A stretch of 64,000 nt of DNA from Selaginella moellendorffii (lineage: Eukaryota > Plantae > Lycopodiophyta): the NCBI RefSeq assembly GCF_000143415.4, contig NW_003314377.1, positions 186,001 to 250,000 of the forward strand, given 5' to 3'. Positions 60,049 to 64,000 of this stretch are shown here, in pieces. Position 1 is the first letter of the stretch; every line of letters starts with the position of its first letter. The notes under the pieces are model-generated. The model searched no databases. It was not told the DNA's origin and worked only from the letters and a program-made list of their open reading frames with translations. The translations under genes were made by a program, and so were the position numbers.

Positions 60049-62644
60049 ATGGCGTCTATCCAGTGCAATGCCGGGCGGCTCGCGGCGTCGGCGCCCTCCC
60101 TCGCGACCTCCTCGCAGCCGGATCGCGTCGCCAGCGCCCGATTCGCCTCCTACACAGGTCTGCGCCAGGCATCGAAATCGCTCTTCGCCGGCGCCTCCTC
60201 GCCACAGATTCGTGCGCTGCCGATTCACAGATCTGGCAAGGCGTCGGCGACGGCCGTGGTGGAGACCGCGCAGAAGGCCGACACCAAGCTGATCGATCTT
60301 TCCGTCAACACGATCCGGTTTCTTGCCGTGGATGCCGTGGAGAAGGCGAATTCCGGCCACCCGGGGCTGCCGATGGGATGCGCTCCAATGTCTCACATTC
60401 TTTTCGACGAGGTCATGAGGTTCAATCCCAAAAACCCTTACTGGTTCAACAGGGATCGCTTCGTTCTCTCGGCTGGTCACGGATGCATGCTCCAATACGC
60501 CCTTCTCCATCTTGCTGGCTACGACAGTGTCAAGGTAGGCTCTCCATTGATCTAGTTTCGAGCTTTTCTATCAAAGTTCTTCCTTTCAACATGGATTTCT
60601 TGTTTGTTTCCAGGAAGAGGATTTGAAGCAATTCCGTCAATGGAGCAGCAGAACTCCTGGTCATCCAGAGAACTTCGAGACTCCCGGCGTGGAAGTCACG
60701 ACTGGTAATTGTTGACTCACTCGTGTTGAATGGTTGTTGATTGTGGCTTGCTTTTCAAACAGGACCTCTTGGCCAAGGTGTTGGGAATGCGGTCGGCTTG
60801 GCTCTTGCTGAAGCAAATCTCGCTGCTCGCTTCAACAAGCCAGACGCTACAATTGTCGACCACTACACGTAAGTTCTCAGTTTTCTCGTTTGTGCGCGTT
60901 TCCTCTAAGAGATTTTTCCTCATTTTTCCTCACAGCTATGTGATTCTCGGGGATGGCTGCAACATGGAAGGCATTTCTAACGAGGCAGCGTCTCTTGCCG
61001 GACACTGGGGACTGAACAAACTTATTTGTTTCTACGATGACAACCATATCTCTATCGACGGGAGCACTGACATTGCGTTCACAGAAGATGTCGAGAAGAG
61101 GTTCGAGGCTCTTGGCTGGCACACAATCTGGGTAAAGAACGGAAACACTGGCTATGATGAGATTAGAGCTGCCATTGCTGAAGCTAAGACGATTAAAGAC
61201 AAGCCAACCATGATCAAGGTATACGAGTCATTATTGTTATGATTTGTCATTGCCTTCTATTTTTTCTCTTAGGTGACGACCACAATCGGATATGGTTCGC
61301 CGAACAAGGCCAATAGCTACAGTGTCCACGGCAGTGCACTAGGCTCGAAGGAAGTTGATGCTACGAGAAAGAACCTTGGCTGGCCTTATGAGCCATTCGT
61401 TGTTCCGGAAGAAGTAAAGAGGTATATTTTGTCACATGATCATCGGGCTCGAAATGGTTCACTTGTAATTCTTTTTCAGCCACTGGAGCAAGCACACCAA
61501 ACTAGGAGCTGACTTGGAAGCTCAGTGGGAGGCCAGCTTGGCTGCTTATGAAAAGAAGTATCCAACAGAAGCTGCGGAGTTCAAACAGCTCATTAGTGGG
61601 GAGCTTCCAGACGGCTGGGACAAAGCTCTGCCGGTAAAACTTTCAGATTTGTTCATCCATGGTTTCTTAATTTCCTGTTCTCAGGTCTACACTCCTGAAA
61701 GCCCCGGTGACGCCACCAGGAACCTTTCACAAACCAATCTCAATGCATTGGTCAAGGTTCTTCCAGGACTTATCGGCGGCAGTGCCGATCTCGCCTCGTC
61801 CAACATGACACTGTTGAAGGCCTATGGCGATTTCCAAAAGAGCACCCCCGAGGAAAGAAACGTCCGGTTCGGCGTGAGGGAACACGGAATGGGAGCTATT
61901 TCCAACGGCATCGCTCTCCACGGCAGCGGCCTCATCCCCTACTGCGCAACGTTCTTCGTGTTCACAGACTACATGCGTGGAGCCATCCGGCTGTCCGCAC
62001 TCGCCGAAGCCGGAGTTATCTACGTCATGACGCACGACTCCATCGGTCTCGGCGAGGACGGCCCGACTCACCAGCCGATCGAGCACCTGGCCAGCTTCAG
62101 AGCAATGCCAAACATCTTCATGTTCCGGCCAGCCGACGGCAACGAGACGGCGGGCTCGTACAAGGTGGCAGTGCTCAGCAGGAAGACCCCCTCGATCCTG
62201 GCTCTCTCCAGGCAAAAGCTCCCTCAGCTGGCCGGCTCTTCGATCGACGCAGTTTCCAAGGGCGCCTACATCCTCAGCGACAACTCGTCCGGAAACAAGC
62301 CGGACCTCATCTTGATAGGCACCGGCTCCGAGGTGGAGATCGCTGCAAAGGCCGCGGACGTGATCAGAAAGGAAGGCAAGAGCGTGAGGGTGGTCTCGTT
62401 CCCGTGCTGGGAGCTGTTCGAGAAGCAAAGTGACGAGTACAAGGAGAGCGTCTTCCCGAGCGAAGTGACTGCCCGAGTGAGCGTGGAGGCCGGGTCGACG
62501 TTTGGATGGGGGAAGTACGTTGGAAGCCGGGGTGTGGCGATCGGACTGGACAGGTTTGGAGCGAGCGCTCCGGCAGGAACTCTGTACAAGGAGTTTGGAT
62601 TCACAGTTGACAACGTTGTTGCGAAGGCAAAGTCGCTGCTGTGA
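60049..62644 (+). CDS. TKL: Plastid transketolase (multi-exon)
   Basis: Transit peptide; [66 protein letters not shown]. Confidence 0.97.
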
Positions 62645-63158
62645 TCTCTTCACATCCAATCCAGCAAAGAAGTTCCTTGGCGAAGTTTTTTTTCTTCACG
62701 CGAGAGAGGAGGAGCTAATGAATCCGCTGACACTATTCTTATAAGTTTTTTTTTTTTCTTGTTAGATTTTTTTTCTTGCAGTTAAGCATGAAGAAGAACG
62801 AAGAAAAAAAAAACCAAGCAAATCGGGAAGAGCGTTTCGAAAAAATTGTGGCCGGTTTTGTTGCTGTAACGTTGCCAGGCTCTCTTTGTTCTATTCTATA
62901 TGATTAAACGAAGTAATAAACCACAGACCAAAAGAGGCTATTGGAATAAGACTGGTTTTCGATTCGATTCTTACAGCTCAAAAGGAAGAGGGCGCGTCGC
63001 ACGACGACGATGGATAAGCTTTGATTTCTCAATGGCCGTACGGGCCACAGGCATGGCCGCCACTGGCATTTGTGGACCACAGGGCGGCTGAGAGAGAAAC
63101 CCTAGTTGTAGAGCTTTCCTCGCGCAGGCGCGCGCTAGGGCAGCCTAGGGTTTTGGGA

Positions 63159-64000
63159 ATGGCAGGGCCCCTGCAAGGTCCAGCAGCAGGATCGCTGGAT
63201 CGGACTCCCTACGGCACAGGTCGCGGCGCTGCTGCTGGAGGGAAGATCAGGTCGGCGCGGCACCACCAGAATTTCAATCAGGATCATCAGGTCTCCAAGC
63301 CCGGGGGAGTGAGGAGAGGGCCGTATGACAGGCCCGTAGGGCGGAATCCTCCGCAGCCGGCGGCTCGGCGAGGTGCTTGGATTGGATCCAGGATTCTCAG
63401 CGGCGCTTCGTCCTTCTTGTCTTCCCTCTTCCGCCGGGACGGCGACGAGACGCTTGCGCTGCCGGCGCCGCCACCGCCGCAATCTTATCAGGTGAGGAAT
63501 GGGATTTTGGCAGCTGACTGACTGTAGATTTTGATGCTCGTCAGGAGGGTTTAGTGAATCACGATGTGAATTTTGGGGGCTCGGGAGACCAGATTGAGGA
63601 TTTGCTCAAGGACCGGATTTTTACAAGGTATTTGTGGTGTGCTCTGTGTGTTCCTACTGACCTTGGTTTTTACCAGGGAGCAATGTGACCGCTTTATCAA
63701 GGTTTTGCAGTCCAAGCTCCAGCCCACTATTCCTAATGGTCTTGTTGGTGATCGAGATCAGCGCTACCCAGAGGATGAGCTGGAAAGAGAACGGGAGAAT
63801 GAAGGGGAACGAGATCGACTTGCGCAAAGGAACATGGTATGTATAAAGTCCTTGCTACTCATTTTGCTGTTGGTCTCATGATAATACTTTTGGTGGTCTT
63901 TCAGGACCATCATGAAGACAGTGGGTCTTCGCCTGTTGACATCGCCAAGGCTTACATGGATAAGCGTTTGTCACCTGTTCCTGCGTCTGTATTTCCTATT
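63159..64000 (+). CDS. NUP1/NUP136- or KAKU4-like nuclear periphery protein, 5' part
   Basis: GGKIR...GPYDRP, FTREQCDRFIKVLQSK, SSPVDIAKAYM. Continues beyond the window. Confidence 0.72.

Noticed and set aside
61727-62659. 310-aa minus-strand ORF
   Set aside because: Antisense shadow of the GC3-rich transketolase exon.

Overview
Gene-dense eukaryotic plant DNA. The ~45-70 bp GT-AG introns, abundant PLS-class PPR sequence and compact spacing suggest the lycophyte Selaginella (inference only). Intact conserved genes are the 3' end of xylose isomerase, a PLS-E PPR, two near-identical thaumatin-like genes, an LRR-RLK pseudokinase, a SKP2-like F-box gene, ILP1/GCFC-like, plastid NAD-MDH, UMP synthase, a GT64 glycosyltransferase, transketolase and the 5' end of a NUP1/KAKU4-like gene. 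Main points of interest: (1) an apparently intact 7-exon, 863-aa Crinkler/RHS (CR)-type gene (small header domain, P-loop NTPase, PD-(D/E)xK nuclease, acidic tail) at 9318-12611, plus a decayed CR-type nuclease-kinase gene at 36.9-38.2 kb; (2) an in-frame spliced chimera in which a degenerate OPRT domain, apparently copied from the neighbouring UMP synthase, is fused to a SNF2-RING helicase (32578-36826); (3) 6-Cys minimal thaumatin-like proteins in a triplicated segment with reciprocal gene loss; (4) an orphan secreted CxxC-rich protein; (5) a non-coding LTR element nested antisense in a solo LTR of its own family, itself inside a kinase pseudogene; (6) many scrambled copies of genes from within this window. 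Exon models and family calls were made by eye and no database search was run.
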